From the NCBI GenBank assembly GCA_040382235.1, contig JBEIFV010000004.1, forward strand, positions 12,842-76,841: 64,000 bases of DNA. Direction: 5' to 3'. Shown in pieces: positions 1 through 7,868 of the stretch (positions within the stretch are counted from its first letter, which is position 1; each line of letters begins with the position of its first letter). The stretch comes from Burkholderiales bacterium (GTDB taxonomy: Bacteria; Pseudomonadota; Gammaproteobacteria; Burkholderiales; JAEUOS01). The notes under the pieces are model-generated. The model made no database searches. It saw nothing but the letters and a program-made list of their open reading frames with translations, and was not told the origin of the DNA. The position numbers and the translations under genes are program-made.

Positions 1-1038
1 CTTGGCCAGCATCGGCTTGAACGACACCAGCCGGCACGCCGCATACAGTGGCGAGGAAACCGGCCCGTCCTCCCAGCGGGCGCGCGCATGCTTGCGGCCG
101 ATGCGCATGGCCGCTTCATGCACTGCGCGCTTGGTGGGCGAGGTATTGGCAATGCCGATCAACACCTGGGCCGCGAATTTCTGCAGATAGCGCGGCACCA
201 GCACCAGGAAATCCGGCGCCACTTCATGCAGCGTGGTGGCGAGATCGGCGACGCTCTCGCCGAAATGCGGCACCACGCCGGCGATCAGCGGAAGCGTGAT
301 CGCAAGGTCACGACCGAGCACATGGCAGAGCGGCAGGAACACCACGGTGCGCAATCCGGCTTGGTCAAGCAGCGGGTAGTGCAGCACCATGTTGGCGGCG
401 CCGGCGAGATGTCGTCCGTGCGAGACCAGCGCCCCTTTGGGCGCGCCGGTGGTGCCCGAGGTGTAGACGATGAAGGCCGGATCATCCGGCCCGATGCGGT
501 CGACCCGCTGTTCGAGGCGGGCGAGCAGTTCCGCATCTTCAAGCGTGTTGGCCATCAGCGTGTCGTAGAGCACGAGGCGCGCATCGTCATAGGCGAACAT
601 CGCGGTCGGATCGATGACCACGATCGCCGCAAGTGCGTCCAGTTGCGGCGCCAGCGGCAATACCTTGTCGACGTACTCCTGGTTTTCAGCCACGAACAGC
701 TTGGCGCCACCGTCGCGCATCTGGTGTTCGAGTTCCGCTACCGAAGCGGTCGGGTAAATGCCGTAGGTGATGGCGCCCAATGCCTGCGCCGCAAGGTCGC
801 ACACCAGCCATTGTTCGCAGGCGTCGCCCATGATGGCGACGCGGTCACCCTTCACGACGCCCTGCGCGGCGAAACCTTCCGCCAGCCGCGCTGTGGCCAG
901 TGCCAGCGCCCGCCAGCTGCGCTCTTCATACAATCCCAGGCGCTTGGCGCGCAGCGCAATGCGCGCCGGCTCGGCCCGTGCGCGCTCGCACAGCAGTCGC
1001 GGTGCGGTACTTTGACGCAGCCTTTCGGTACTGTGCAT
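1..1038 (-). CDS. AMP-dependent acyl-CoA synthetase/ligase, N-terminal ~346 aa (3' end lies beyond window start)
   Basis: Absent from the ORF track because there is no stop in the window. My translation of the minus strand from the ATG at 1038..1036 gives MHSTERLRQSTAPRLL...PAFIVYTSGTTGAPKGALVSHG..., which contains the canonical AMP-binding signature, and stays open to position 1. The listed 88..1251 (+) ORF is its antisense shadow. Confidence 0.85.
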   Translation of the reverse strand, partial: MHSTERLRQSTAPRLLCERARAEPARIALRAKRLGLYEERSWRALALATARLAEGFAAQGVVKGDRVAIMGDACEQWLVCDLAAQALGAITYGIYPTASVAELEHQMRDGGAKLFVAENQEYVDKVLPLAPQLDALAAIVVIDPTAMFAYDDARLVLYDTLMANTLEDAELLARLEQRVDRIGPDDPAFIVYTSGTTGAPKGALVSHGRHLAGAANMVLHYPLLDQAGLRTVVFLPLCHVLGRDLAITLPLIAGVVPHFGESVADLATTLHEVAPDFLVLVPRYLQKFAAQVLIGIANTSPTKRAVHEAAMRIGRKHARARWEDGPVSSPLYAACRLVSFKPMLAK

Positions 1039-1090
1039 GCGCTGGCGTGTTTGTCTATAGCTCTATTGAATTTGGATTGTACCGGCTTCG

Positions 1091-1801
1091 CTACCCAGGC
1101 CGGCTCGTGTGTTGCGGCGCGCGCTGGCGGCCGCCCGCGGCGGCGCTCCGCGGCGACTTCGCCGCCGGCCCTCGCGTTTCCAATCCCCGCAGGAGCAGGC
1201 CGCAGAAAGACTCCGTGGTGCTCGCTACACTGGCGCCGCGCCGTGTCTTGATCCATTTGGTCGCTTCATTGCACATGCCCAACAGCGCCAGCGTGGCCAG
1301 GCGCGGGTTGGTGCCTGCCGCAAACTCGCCAGCCGCCACGCCTTCGCGTATCACCCGCTCGATGACTTTCTCGTAGGCGCGCGCGCTGCGCCCGATGGCC
1401 TTGCGGCTGGCCGCCGGCAAATGCTGGCGTTCGGTCAGGAACACCTTGGTGTAGTTCGGGCGCACATCGTTCGACCCGAGATGGCGGCTGACGATGGCGG
1501 CGACCCGCAGGCCGGCGGTTTGGCGACGCGCCGCGATTCCCTGCGCGAATTCCAGAAACCCTTCGACGCCCAGTTTGCACACCTGTGCAAGGCCATCTTC
1601 CTTTGAATGCAGGTAGTAGTAGAGGCTGGCCTGCCGCATGCCCAGGCGTTTGGCAATATCCTGGGTAGAGGCGCCGTGGTAGCTCTTTTCGGCAAACACG
1701 GCGGCGGCGGCGTCGATGATTTCGGCCGCGCGGCGTTTCGGGCCGGGCGCAGCGCCGCTATCGGAGGAGGTGGTCGTGGAGATTATTCTAGCCATCGTCA
1801 A
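1091..1801 (-). CDS. TetR/AcrR family transcriptional regulator
   Basis: N-terminal HTH ...AAAVFAEKSYHGASTQDIAKRLGMRQASLYYYLHSKEDGL is typical of TetR. The start is TTG at 1801; an alternative ATG lies at 1795. Confidence 0.9.
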   Translation of the reverse strand: MTMARIISTTTSSDSGAAPGPKRRAAEIIDAAAAVFAEKSYHGASTQDIAKRLGMRQASLYYYLHSKEDGLAQVCKLGVEGFLEFAQGIAARRQTAGLRVAAIVSRHLGSNDVRPNYTKVFLTERQHLPAASRKAIGRSARAYEKVIERVIREGVAAGEFAAGTNPRLATLALLGMCNEATKWIKTRRGASVASTTESFCGLLLRGLETRGPAAKSPRSAAAGGRQRAPQHTSRPG

Positions 1802-1906
1802 AGCTTACGACATCGTGCGATGCTTTGGCGACCAGCGAGAACTGCCATGTCAGTGGTCCCGAGCCGTGTGGCTGCCATAATGTGTGCCTGCAGAGGGGGC
1901 GGGTTA

Positions 1907-2884
1907 ATGAAAGAGCGTCGCAGACTGATTGTTGCAATGGGTGCGGTTGTGCTCACCATACCGCTGGCAGTTGTCGCCCAGACGCAGGGCGCGAAGCCTG
2001 CACGCATCGGAATACTGGGCCCCGGCTCGGCCGCCAGTAACGCGGGTTTTCTCGCCGCCTTGCAGGCGGAACTGCGTGCGCTGGGCTATGTCGAAGGCAA
2101 GAATATCGCGCTTGAACCTCGCTGGATCGAGGCTGCGCTGGACCGGCTTCCCGCTCTCGCCGCCGAACTGGTTGGCCTCAAGGTGGACGCCATCCTTGCG
2201 GTTCAGACACCCGCTGCACAGGCCGCAAAACAGGCGACCAGAGCCATTCCGATCATCATGGCCGGGGTCGCCGATCCGGTGGCCTCAGGTCTGATTGCCA
2301 GCCTGGCGCGCCCGGGTGGCAACATTACCGGCCTGTCGGGTGCAACCAGTGACCTGGCCGCCAAGACGCTCGAACTTCTGCGCGACATGTTGCCCGCGAC
2401 CAAGCGCGTGGGCGTACTGGCGAATTCCGCCGATCCATTCTCCAAGGTGTTCGTCGAACGCGTTGAGCTCGCGGGCCGGCATTTGGGCATCGACTTGATG
2501 ATCATCCAGGTTCGTGGCGAGGAGGGGCTGGAGGCGGTGTTTGAGGAAATGACCAAGGCCAAGGCAGGTGCCGTCATCGTGCAGCCCAGCCTTCCGCTGA
2601 AGCGCGCGGCCGATCTGGCAATCAAATATCGCCTGGCGTCGGCCTCACCTTTGAGTGGATTTACCGACAATGGCGGACTGCTGGATTACGCGTCAAATCA
2701 GGCAGAGCGGTTTCGAAACATCGCCTTCTACATAGACAAGATACTGAAGGGCGCGAAGCCGGCTGACTTGCCGGTGCAGCAACCGAGACGTTTCGAGATG
2801 GTCGTCAATCTGAAGACGGCCAAGGCAATCGGCCTGACGGTGCCGGAAGGCTTTCTTGTGCGCGCGGACAAGGTGATCGAGTAG
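1907..2884 (+). CDS. ABC transporter substrate-binding protein (ABC_sub_bind/PF04392-like)
   Basis: ATG at 1907 inside ORF 1607..2884. Signal peptide MKERRRLIVAMGAVVLTIPLAVVAQ, then ARIGILGPGS...LARPGGNITGLS...KILKGAKPADLPVQQPRRFEMVVNLKTAKAIGLTVP...VIE, the characteristic family pattern. Confidence 0.85.
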   Translation: MKERRRLIVAMGAVVLTIPLAVVAQTQGAKPARIGILGPGSAASNAGFLAALQAELRALGYVEGKNIALEPRWIEAALDRLPALAAELVGLKVDAILAVQTPAAQAAKQATRAIPIIMAGVADPVASGLIASLARPGGNITGLSGATSDLAAKTLELLRDMLPATKRVGVLANSADPFSKVFVERVELAGRHLGIDLMIIQVRGEEGLEAVFEEMTKAKAGAVIVQPSLPLKRAADLAIKYRLASASPLSGFTDNGGLLDYASNQAERFRNIAFYIDKILKGAKPADLPVQQPRRFEMVVNLKTAKAIGLTVPEGFLVRADKVIE

Positions 2885-3053
2885 GGCTTGCGCATACCCA
2901 CAATCGGAGGCACAGGTTGACTGGGGCGCGGCGGGTCCAGTTGGGCGCAGGGAGCCGGGCCATTGCGCAGGCGGATGTCGGCTCTATCTCCACTAAGCCT
3001 GTTGGTTTTCCCATCCTTAACAATTCACAGTACGAGGGCAGAGCAGAAAATAG

Positions 3054-3082
3054 ACGAAATTTCGTAGTTATTTCGCTACAAT
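3054..3082 (+). promoter_or_regulatory. candidate operator plus -10 element of the adjacent TA operon
   Basis: Perfect 12-bp palindrome ACGAAATTTCGT (3054..3065), followed by TACAAT (3077..3082) only 6 nt before the ATG at 3089. No clear SD sequence, so the transcript may be leaderless. Confidence 0.3.
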
Positions 3083-3088
3083 AGGGCG

Positions 3089-3340
3089 ATGGATACCCTG
3101 CTTTCTACCCGCAGCATCGGCATTTCGGACCTTCGCGAATCGCCCGCCCGTGCGTTTAAGCAGGCGGACGAAATGGCCGTCGTCGTGCTCAATCACAATC
3201 GGCCTGCTGGTTACATCTTGTCCACACGCCTGATGGACGCGTTGCTCGATCAGGCTGCTGATCGCCTGATCACATCAAAGGCAGCGGCGCGCGTGGCGTC
3301 AGTCAAGCGCGCACGCAAAATCACGCTGGATGACCTATGA
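3089..3340 (+). CDS. type II antitoxin, Phd/YefM-StbD/RelB-like
   Basis: 83 aa, ...ISDLRESPARAFKQADEMAVVVLNHNRPAGYILS.... Overlaps the downstream toxin gene by 11 nt. Confidence 0.8.
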   Translation: MDTLLSTRSIGISDLRESPARAFKQADEMAVVVLNHNRPAGYILSTRLMDALLDQAADRLITSKAAARVASVKRARKITLDDL

Positions 3341-3614
3341 GCTCGCGATCCACTTACTCGCCGAAGCCGAGTGGGCGCGGCTTGATGAATCCGTAAAGCG
3401 CCGCTTCAAACGAAAGCTGGCGAAAGAGCTACTACAAAATCCGCGCGTCGCCAAGGATGCGCTGCATGGCGTGCCCGACTGTTTCAAGATCAAAATCACA
3501 ACGCCACAATTTCGTCTGGCGTATCACGTCGATGAAAAGTCCCGGCTCGTGACGATTCTCGCCGTCAGTTCACGCGACGATGTATACGAATTGTTGCAGG
3601 CGCGGCGCGGTTGA
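3330..3614 (+). CDS. type II toxin, RelE/StbE/ParE superfamily
   Basis: 94 aa, ...KRRFKRKLAKELLQNPRVAKDALHGVPDCFKIKITTPQFRLAYHVDEKSRLVTILAVSSRDDVY, the typical RelE/StbE pattern. Translationally coupled to the upstream antitoxin. Confidence 0.85.
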   Translation: MTYELAIHLLAEAEWARLDESVKRRFKRKLAKELLQNPRVAKDALHGVPDCFKIKITTPQFRLAYHVDEKSRLVTILAVSSRDDVYELLQARRG

Positions 3615-3693
3615 ACGCTGTGATGGTTGCCGCAACTGCCCCGCCACCACATCGTACGGCTGCGCGAGCCCGAGGCACGACCGAATCCGCCTA

Positions 3694-3728
3694 GGCGAGC
3701 CAGGCAGGCGCTCGCTCACTCGATCTCG
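3694..3728. repeat. 35-nt direct repeat, copy 1 (partner at 4899..4933)
   Basis: GCGAGCCAGGCAGGCGCTCGCT(C/T)ACTCGATCTCGC, 34/35 identical to copy 2. Covers the last codons (..EIE stop) and 3' flank of a minus-strand ABC_sub_bind paralogue. Looser similarity extends to about 3643 and 4866. Confidence 0.85.
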
Positions 3729-3993
3729 CGAGTCACGCTCAGCATGAACGCTTCCGGGAACTTGAGCCCGAGCGCCCGGGCAGTCTTCATGTTCACAACC
3801 AGGTCGAACTTGACCGGCTGCTCGATTAGCAGGTCGCCTGGTTTCGCGCCTTTGAAAATCTTGTCGACGTGAGCGGCGGCGCGCCGAAAGCTATCCGTGA
3901 AGGAGGCGCCATATGCCATCAGCCCGCCCGCTTCCACGTAGGCGCTGCCCGGAAACAGGCCAGGCACTTTCAGGCGCGCAAGGTGTTCGGCTC
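3716..3993 (-). pseudogene. C-terminal stump (~90 aa) of an ABC_sub_bind-family substrate-binding protein
   Basis: ...AEHLARLKVPGLFPGSAYVEAGGLMAYGASFTDSFRRAAAHVDKIFKGAKPGDLLIEQPVKFDLVVNMKTARALGLKFPEAFMLSVTREIE matches only the last third of the intact paralogue at 1907..2884. An in-frame TGA lies immediately upstream. Confidence 0.75.
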
Positions 3994-4147
3994 AGGGGGC
4001 TTTCCATGTCCCACCTCAAAACCGGACAGATTACGTGCTACTGCCCCGGGCAACTCGTTTGCTACTGGCACCGGGTTTTCTTGCGGTTGACTTACATAGT
4101 AAGCCAAGTTAAGATCAAAGCCATTCACGCACTCCGGAAACCACTCT

Positions 4148-4411
4148 ATGTCGACGCTGCTAGTCTCCTCGAAAGGCCAGATTGTGTTGCCCGCCGCGCT
4201 GCGCCGCCGGCTTGGTATGGGCGCAGGTGCCAGGCTCGAAGTGCTCGAAGAATCGGACGGGCTGAAGCTGCGCGTCGTGCGGTCGGTCGCGACGGCCGAC
4301 CTGACCGCGATGGCGGGGCTGGTCAAGGCGCCGGCGCGCGGCGTCCCGCGTCGCCTGCAGGACTTCGACCCGGCGTCACTGCTGACCCGCCCGCGGCGAG
4401 GCAGGCCATGA
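4148..4411 (+). CDS. vapB: AbrB/MazE/SpoVT-family antitoxin (VapB-type)
   Basis: 87 aa, MSTLLVSSKGQIVLPAALRRRLGMGAGARLEV... (looped-hinge-helix motif). ATGA overlap with the PIN gene. Confidence 0.8.
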   Translation: MSTLLVSSKGQIVLPAALRRRLGMGAGARLEVLEESDGLKLRVVRSVATADLTAMAGLVKAPARGVPRRLQDFDPASLLTRPRRGRP

Positions 4412-4815
4412 GGGCCCTGGATACGAACGTGCTGGCGCGGTTCTTTGTCGATGACGCCGACGACGCGCAGGCCGCCAAACAGAGGCCTGCCGCCGTTGCT
4501 GCGCTCTCCGAACGTTCATTCGTTTCGGTGACCGTGCTGCTGGAGCTGGAGTGGGTCATGCGCGGGTTCTATGAACTGCCAACGAGGGAGATTTCGCGCG
4601 TATTGCGGGCGCTGGCGAGCATCGAGCACGTCACGCTCGAAGATCGCGACACGGTCCTGGTGGCGCTTGATGCGTTCGACCGGGGCCTTGATTTCGCCGA
4701 TGCGCTGCACCTGGCACGCAGTTCGCGTGCTTCCGGATTTGCGACGTTCGACCAACGACTGGCGAAGCGGGCAAAAAGTCTCGCGCTTGCGCCGCCGGTG
4801 GCGTTGCTTGCCTGA
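4408..4815 (+). CDS. vapC: PIN-domain toxin (VapC-type ribonuclease)
   Basis: ATG at 4408 inside ORF 3913..4815. MRALDTNVLARFFVDD...VLLELEWVMR...DFADALHLA...FATFD, carrying the conserved acidic PIN residues. Confidence 0.85.
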   Translation: MRALDTNVLARFFVDDADDAQAAKQRPAAVAALSERSFVSVTVLLELEWVMRGFYELPTREISRVLRALASIEHVTLEDRDTVLVALDAFDRGLDFADALHLARSSRASGFATFDQRLAKRAKSLALAPPVALLA

Positions 4816-4898
4816 AGTGTTGTTGCGGCACCGGTGGATCCAGGCGTGCGGTTATCCTGCTCTTCCACCACACAACGGTCCTTGCGGCGAGCGACTGC

Positions 4899-4933
4899 GC
4901 GAGCCAGGCAGGCGCTCGCTTACTCGATCTCGC
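4899..4933. repeat. 35-nt direct repeat, copy 2 (partner at 3694..3728)
   Basis: Same sequence as copy 1 with one mismatch. Here only about 5 codons (..GEIE stop) of the ABC_sub_bind 3' end remain, and they directly abut the molybdoenzyme fragment. Confidence 0.85.
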
Positions 4934-4934
4934 C

Positions 4935-5699
4935 TTCACCGAAGGTCGAGATACGGAAATGTGGCTGCGCGAACTGTGGCGCCGGGTGTGCGGCGGTGCC
5001 GCGGACGGCGGGGTGAGCTTGCCGGGTTACGAGGAGTTCCTTGCCTGCGGCTGGGTCGAACTGCCGCCGCCGGCGCGCGATTACGTGATGTTCGATGCGT
5101 TTCGTGCCGATCCGCTGGTGCACCCCTTGCGCACGCCGTCGGGCAGGATCGAACTCGTGTCGCAAGCCATCGGCGGCTTTGGCTATGCGGATTGTCCGGC
5201 GCACCCGGCGTGGCTGCCGCCTGCCGAATGGCTGGGTGCCGCCGCCGTCAAGCAGTTTCCCTTGCACCTGATCACCATCCAGCCGCCGGATCGCTTGCAC
5301 AGCCAGATGGACCCCGGCCCGGTGTCGCAGGCCGGCAAAGTTGCCGGGCGTGAGCGCATCTCGATCAGTCCCCAGGACGCAGCCGCGAGGGGGGCGACCA
5401 ACGGCGATCTGGTGCGTGTCTTCAACCATCGTGGCGCCTGCCTGGCCGGAGTTGCTCTCGATGCGGGTCTTATGCCTGGAGTCGTCGTGATGGCGACCGG
5501 CGCCTGGTTTGATCCCGCACCCGATGGCCTGGAGCGCGGCGGCAACCCCAACGTGCTGTCGCTCGATGTCGGCACCTCGTCGCTGACGCAGGGGCCGAGC
5601 GCGTTGTCGGTGCTGGTGCAAGTGACGCGCTGGACCGGGCCGGCGCCTGCGGTCGAGGTGTATCAATTGCCGCGCATCGAGTCGGCGGCAGTGGACTGA
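4935..5699 (+). pseudogene. C-terminal ~250-aa fragment of a molybdopterin oxidoreductase (BisC/DMSO/TMAO-reductase family)
   Basis: FTEGRDTEMWLRELW...RTPSGRIELVSQAIGGFGYADCPAHPAWL...FPLHLITIQPPDRLHSQ...GDLVRVFNHRGACLAGV...GGNPNVLSLDVGTSSLTQGPSA matches only the C-terminal molybdopterin-binding region. The roughly 500 N-terminal residues expected for this family are absent. Confidence 0.8.
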
Positions 5700-5730
5700 C
5701 CTTTGACCGACGCGAGGCCGATGGATGCTT

Positions 5731-5759
5731 TTGACATCTGATGTTTGATGCGGTAGCGT
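5731..5759 (+). promoter_or_regulatory. candidate sigma70-type promoter of the lone VapB-like gene
   Basis: TTGACA (5731..5736), 17-nt spacer, TAGCGT (5754..5759). The ATG at 5766 lies about 7 nt downstream of the -10, so the transcript may be leaderless. Confidence 0.3.
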
Positions 5760-5765
5760 CATGAA

Positions 5766-6005
5766 ATGCGTACCACCTTGAACATCGAAGAAGACGCGCT
5801 GATCGCGGCCAAAGACCTTGCACGGCGTGAGAAGAAGACAGCCGGGCAGATCGTTTCCGAGCTTGCGCGCAAGGGACTGACAGGCGCTTCAACGGTGACG
5901 ACAGACGAGCCGAAAGCGATGTACGGCTTTCGGCCGTTTCCCAAGGAGGGGCGCACGGTCAGCAACGAACTGATATACAAATTGCGCAGAGGCGGCGAAT
6001 ACTAA
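5766..6005 (+). CDS. VapB-like type II antitoxin (MRTTLNI... class), no cognate toxin downstream
   Basis: 79 aa, MRTTLNIEEDALIAAKDLARREKKTAGQIVSELARKGL.... The downstream + strand reading frame shows no PIN-like sequence. Confidence 0.7.
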   Translation: MRTTLNIEEDALIAAKDLARREKKTAGQIVSELARKGLTGASTVTTDEPKAMYGFRPFPKEGRTVSNELIYKLRRGGEY

Positions 6006-6052
6006 AGGCGTTCCTGGTGAGTGCGCTTGTTGTCGTCCGACAACAGTTGGCA

Positions 6053-6190
6053 CTACACCGCAACGGTATGCAGCCGCACGCCAAGAATGCCGGCATAGCG
6101 CCCGAAATCGCGGTCAACTGAAAATACCGGCAGAGTGAGACGCAATGCGATGGCACAAATCAGATAGCCGGTGTTCGAGCCTTGCACGCC
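6053..6190 (-). pseudogene. C-terminal stump of a PIN-domain toxin
   Basis: My translation of the minus strand gives ...GVQGSNTGYLICAIALRLTLPVFSVDRDFGRYAGILGVRLHTVAV-stop. This resembles the last ~40 aa of VapC proteins (D..IAA.A.....L.T.D.DF). No N-terminal part is present. Confidence 0.4.
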
Positions 6191-6206
6191 GCGTGACCGC
6201 CACCTG

Positions 6207-7103
6207 TCAAGTTTCTTCCGCCGCAGCGGCCAGCAGGCTGCGTAGCCACTTTTGCGCCGGATCCGCTTCGGTCCGGTCGTGCCACACCATCTGCATCTCG
6301 ATGGCCGGCATCGTAAACGGCGGCTTCAAGATCGCCAGGGGCGACTCCCGTGCGAAGTACTCGGCGATGCGGCTGCCGGTGGTCATCAAGAGATCGGTGC
6401 GCGCGACGATGCCGGCGCCGGACAGGAAATGCGGCGTGGCGAATACGACGCGGCGCTTCTCCCCCAGTTTGGCGAGCGCCTCGTCGGCCGGGCCCGTCAG
6501 CACGCCGGACGGGGATACCTGCAGATGGCGCGCGGCCAGGTAGCGCTTCAGGGTGAGTCGGCCGCGCCAATCGCCGCGCGCGATGCAGACGTAACGCTCC
6601 TCGAAAAGGCGCTGCGCATGCATGCCGCGCGGTGCTCGCTGCATGAAACCGATCGCCACGTCGATGCGGCCGGTCGCGAGATCGGCCGCCAGTCCTTCCT
6701 GGGTGATGGCATGGGTCAGGATGCGCACGTTGGGCGCCTGCTTGCGCACTTCCTCGGCCAGGCGCGGCAGTAGCAGCAGCTCGACATAGTCGGTCACACC
6801 CAGAAGAAAGGTGTCGCCCAGGCGCCCCGGGTCGAAATGCTGCTGCAACGCCAGGCCTTCGCGCAGCTTCGACAGCGCTTCCTTGACCGGTTCCAGCAGG
6901 CGCAATGCATAGGGTGTGGGCGTCATGCCGCCGGCGCCGCGCATCACCAGCGGGTCGCCCACCGCGTCGCGCAGGCGCGCCAGCGCATGGCTCACCGCGG
7001 GCTGGCTCAGGTGCAGGCGGGCGGCCGCGCGCGTCACGTGCCGTTCCTCGACCACCGCTTCGAGCACCGCGAGCAGATTGAGATCGAACTTTTCGAAATG
7101 CAT
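6207..7103 (-). CDS. LysR family transcriptional regulator
   Basis: MHFEKFDLNLLAVLEAVVEERHVTRAAARLHLSQPAVSHALARLRD... The track ORF starts at 7121; the ATG at 7103 gives the usual LysR N-terminus. Divergent from the 7.2-15.8 kb cluster. Confidence 0.9.
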   Translation of the reverse strand: MHFEKFDLNLLAVLEAVVEERHVTRAAARLHLSQPAVSHALARLRDAVGDPLVMRGAGGMTPTPYALRLLEPVKEALSKLREGLALQQHFDPGRLGDTFLLGVTDYVELLLLPRLAEEVRKQAPNVRILTHAITQEGLAADLATGRIDVAIGFMQRAPRGMHAQRLFEERYVCIARGDWRGRLTLKRYLAARHLQVSPSGVLTGPADEALAKLGEKRRVVFATPHFLSGAGIVARTDLLMTTGSRIAEYFARESPLAILKPPFTMPAIEMQMVWHDRTEADPAQKWLRSLLAAAAEET

Positions 7104-7228
7104 GGCCCGAATGATTTTCATGACAACAATGCACTTCCATCATAACCGCGCGCGCCGTAATGTTCGACACCCGCTGGCCGTCCGCCCGCAACGACGGCCG
7201 CAAATCCAAGCCCTGCGAGGAGCAAGCC

Positions 7229-7813
7229 GTGTCCGAACCCGCCGCCGTGTTCACCAGCGCCGACGCCGAGAAGCTGATCGCGCGTTTTTGCAACCAGGTC
7301 TCGAAGAAAAAGGGTTTCGAGGCGCGCACCGGGATTCCCACCGCTGCCTACGAAATGGTCGCGGCGAAGGACATCTTCCTCATGATGGCGCCACCCGGCA
7401 TGGAAGGCGTCAACGCGCGCCCCGGGGTGGCCGGCCCCGAAGGGGTGACCGTCAACATCTGCGAATGCCCGCCGGGCAACGGCCCCTTGATGCATATCCA
7501 CCAGCGCACCGGCGAGACCTTCATGTGCCTGAAAGGGCGCTTCGAATTGCGCATGGGCAAGACCCCGGAAGGCGAGGTCGTGACCCATCTCGACCCTTTC
7601 GATCTGGTGCCGATGCCGCCGGGCCTGTGGCGCCAGTTCAGGAACGTCACCCGGGAGACCGCCTATCTGCTGGTGATCACGGCCGGGGAACGCGCAAGTT
7701 TCGGCGACATCCATTACACGCGCGCAACCGGCGACGCCATCGCCGATCGCTTCGGGCCGGCGGTACGCGACAGCTTCGTGCAGAAGCTCGGCTACACGTT
7801 CGGCGCCCAATAA
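7229..7813 (+). CDS. cupin domain protein
   Basis: GTG at 7229, preceded by AGGAG. ...PPGNGPLMHIHQRTGETFMCLKGRFEL...DLVPMPPGLWRQFRN (cupin motifs). Confidence 0.7.
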   Translation: MSEPAAVFTSADAEKLIARFCNQVSKKKGFEARTGIPTAAYEMVAAKDIFLMMAPPGMEGVNARPGVAGPEGVTVNICECPPGNGPLMHIHQRTGETFMCLKGRFELRMGKTPEGEVVTHLDPFDLVPMPPGLWRQFRNVTRETAYLLVITAGERASFGDIHYTRATGDAIADRFGPAVRDSFVQKLGYTFGAQ

Positions 7814-7868
7814 GGCGTCGCACGGCCGCGGTACCGCATCCACCCACCAAGCCGGGAGCAAGATCGAC

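Noticed and set aside
88-1251. 387-aa + strand ORF at the window start
   Set aside because: Arg/Gly/His-rich nonsense typical of antisense frames in GC-rich DNA. The minus strand encodes a clear AMP-binding acyl-CoA synthetase with the YTSGTTGAPKG motif.
3913-4407. N-terminal 165-aa extension of the vapC ORF (track ORF 3913..4815)
   Set aside because: The extension overlaps the vapB gene in another frame and is Arg/Ala-rich. The PIN domain begins at the ATG at 4408, which forms an ATGA overlap with vapB.
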